A stretch of DNA of 64,000 bases from assembly GCA_963845245.1 (NCBI GenBank), contig CAWJRJ010000016.1:32001-96000 (forward strand), read 5' to 3'. Each line of letters starts with the position of its first letter. Position 1 is the first letter of the stretch. Source of the stretch: Nitrospirota bacterium. Its GTDB lineage: Bacteria > Nitrospirota > JACRHJ01. Shown one piece after another: positions 63,318 to 64,000 of this stretch. The notes below the pieces were generated by a model, which ran no database searches, had not been told where the DNA came from, and worked only from the letters and a program-made list of their open reading frames with translations. Made by a program: the position numbers and the translations under genes.

Positions 63318-63818
63318 GTGCAGGTTCGAAAGCAAGTATATGAACTGACCCCGGACGACCTGACGAGTTTCCCTGTCTGGGAGTTCTGCCTCGACGAAGA
63401 AGGTGTGGAAGGCCAGGACGAGGCGACCGTGCGGCCGTATGAGAAGCCAGGCCCGGTTGACCCTGCTTCAGGGATGTTCGCCGTAAAGGCGATATTCACC
63501 CTTGCCGACGGTACGGAATTCACAGGGTATCTGACCCCGCCTGAACAGGCCGACCGCGAGGACATAGGCATCATCCAGCCGATTATAGTGACCGACAAGG
63601 GCCAGCTTATGTTCTGGAACGGGCTATTGAAGCCGACCAAGGCAATCCTCGACGAGAACTACGGGTTGCTAGAGAAATCCGCTTCGGAGGTCTTCCCGGT
63701 CAGGTACCGTTCGGCTGTAGAGCTCGAAGGGGGGGCCGTTGAAGGTACTATAGGCGGTTTCCTCTATTGCAGGAAAAAGAAGTTGCGGCGGGATTATGTT
63801 GTTGAACTAGTAACATAG
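63318..63818 (+). CDS. Hypothetical protein
   Basis: 166-aa ORF with GAGGAG RBS and GTG start; no family recognised. Confidence 0.65.
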   Translation: MQVRKQVYELTPDDLTSFPVWEFCLDEEGVEGQDEATVRPYEKPGPVDPASGMFAVKAIFTLADGTEFTGYLTPPEQADREDIGIIQPIIVTDKGQLMFWNGLLKPTKAILDENYGLLEKSASEVFPVRYRSAVELEGGAVEGTIGGFLYCRKKKLRRDYVVELVT

Positions 63819-64000
63819 TACACGTAATGACTGCATATAACAAAAAACCGGTTGGCGTACTCCTTATGACCATGGGAGACCCGCCTTCACTTTCCGCTAT
63901 ATTCCCGTTTCTGGTGCGGCTGTTCTCAGACCCGTGCGATCATACACGCCCCGGCCCCGGTCCGTTATCCGCTCTCGATATATATATCCCTGAAGAAGCT

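Noticed and set aside
63860..64000. Possible 3' end of a minus-strand gene at the right edge
   Set aside because: No frame gives a recognisable protein in the visible 140 nt.

Overview
A 64-kb bacterial chromosomal window, moderately GC-rich, from an anaerobic Gram-negative-type organism. Gene content (DUF507 pair, RomR-like regulator, NrdJ, AhbD-like radical SAM beside hemE) suggests Nitrospirota or a Desulfobacterota-like lineage; this is inference only. In order it holds: an ADP-forming acyl-CoA ligase with a DRTGG protein; a hybrid kinase and diguanylate cyclase; two tandem beta-helix genes; a cysteine/sulfur operon (UPF0280, FmdE, cysK, Rrf2, CysL-like LysR); and a 9-kb nickel/cobalt uptake island (fused nikMNQ, nikO, nikR, DUF3842, a frameshifted TorF-like porin with a zinc ribbon, a second nikMN, and a cobalamin riboswitch before cbiMNQO). 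Then come deoB, dgt, DUF4388, romR-like, a polyprenyl-sugar cluster, an SPFH/zinc-ribbon pair, nrdJ with NrdR boxes, hicBA, an acyl-CoA ligase, fba, DUF4139, a TldD/PmbA protein, four tandem GT-C-like membrane genes, a repeat-flanked islet with a HicB-HicA fusion, alaS, ubiB-like, ruvX, ahbD-like and hemE. The best candidate for an undescribed system is a twin-hairpin/terminator RNA element (25-nt direct repeat, ACGAA loops) starting 1 nt after the DUF3842 stop codon and gating the porin-nikMN genes inside a putative NikR operon. Small frameshifts in about 15 genes, including essential alaS, point to sequencing indel errors, so all fusion and pseudogene calls need read-level checks. No rRNA, tRNA, CRISPR array, transposase or integrase was recognised.
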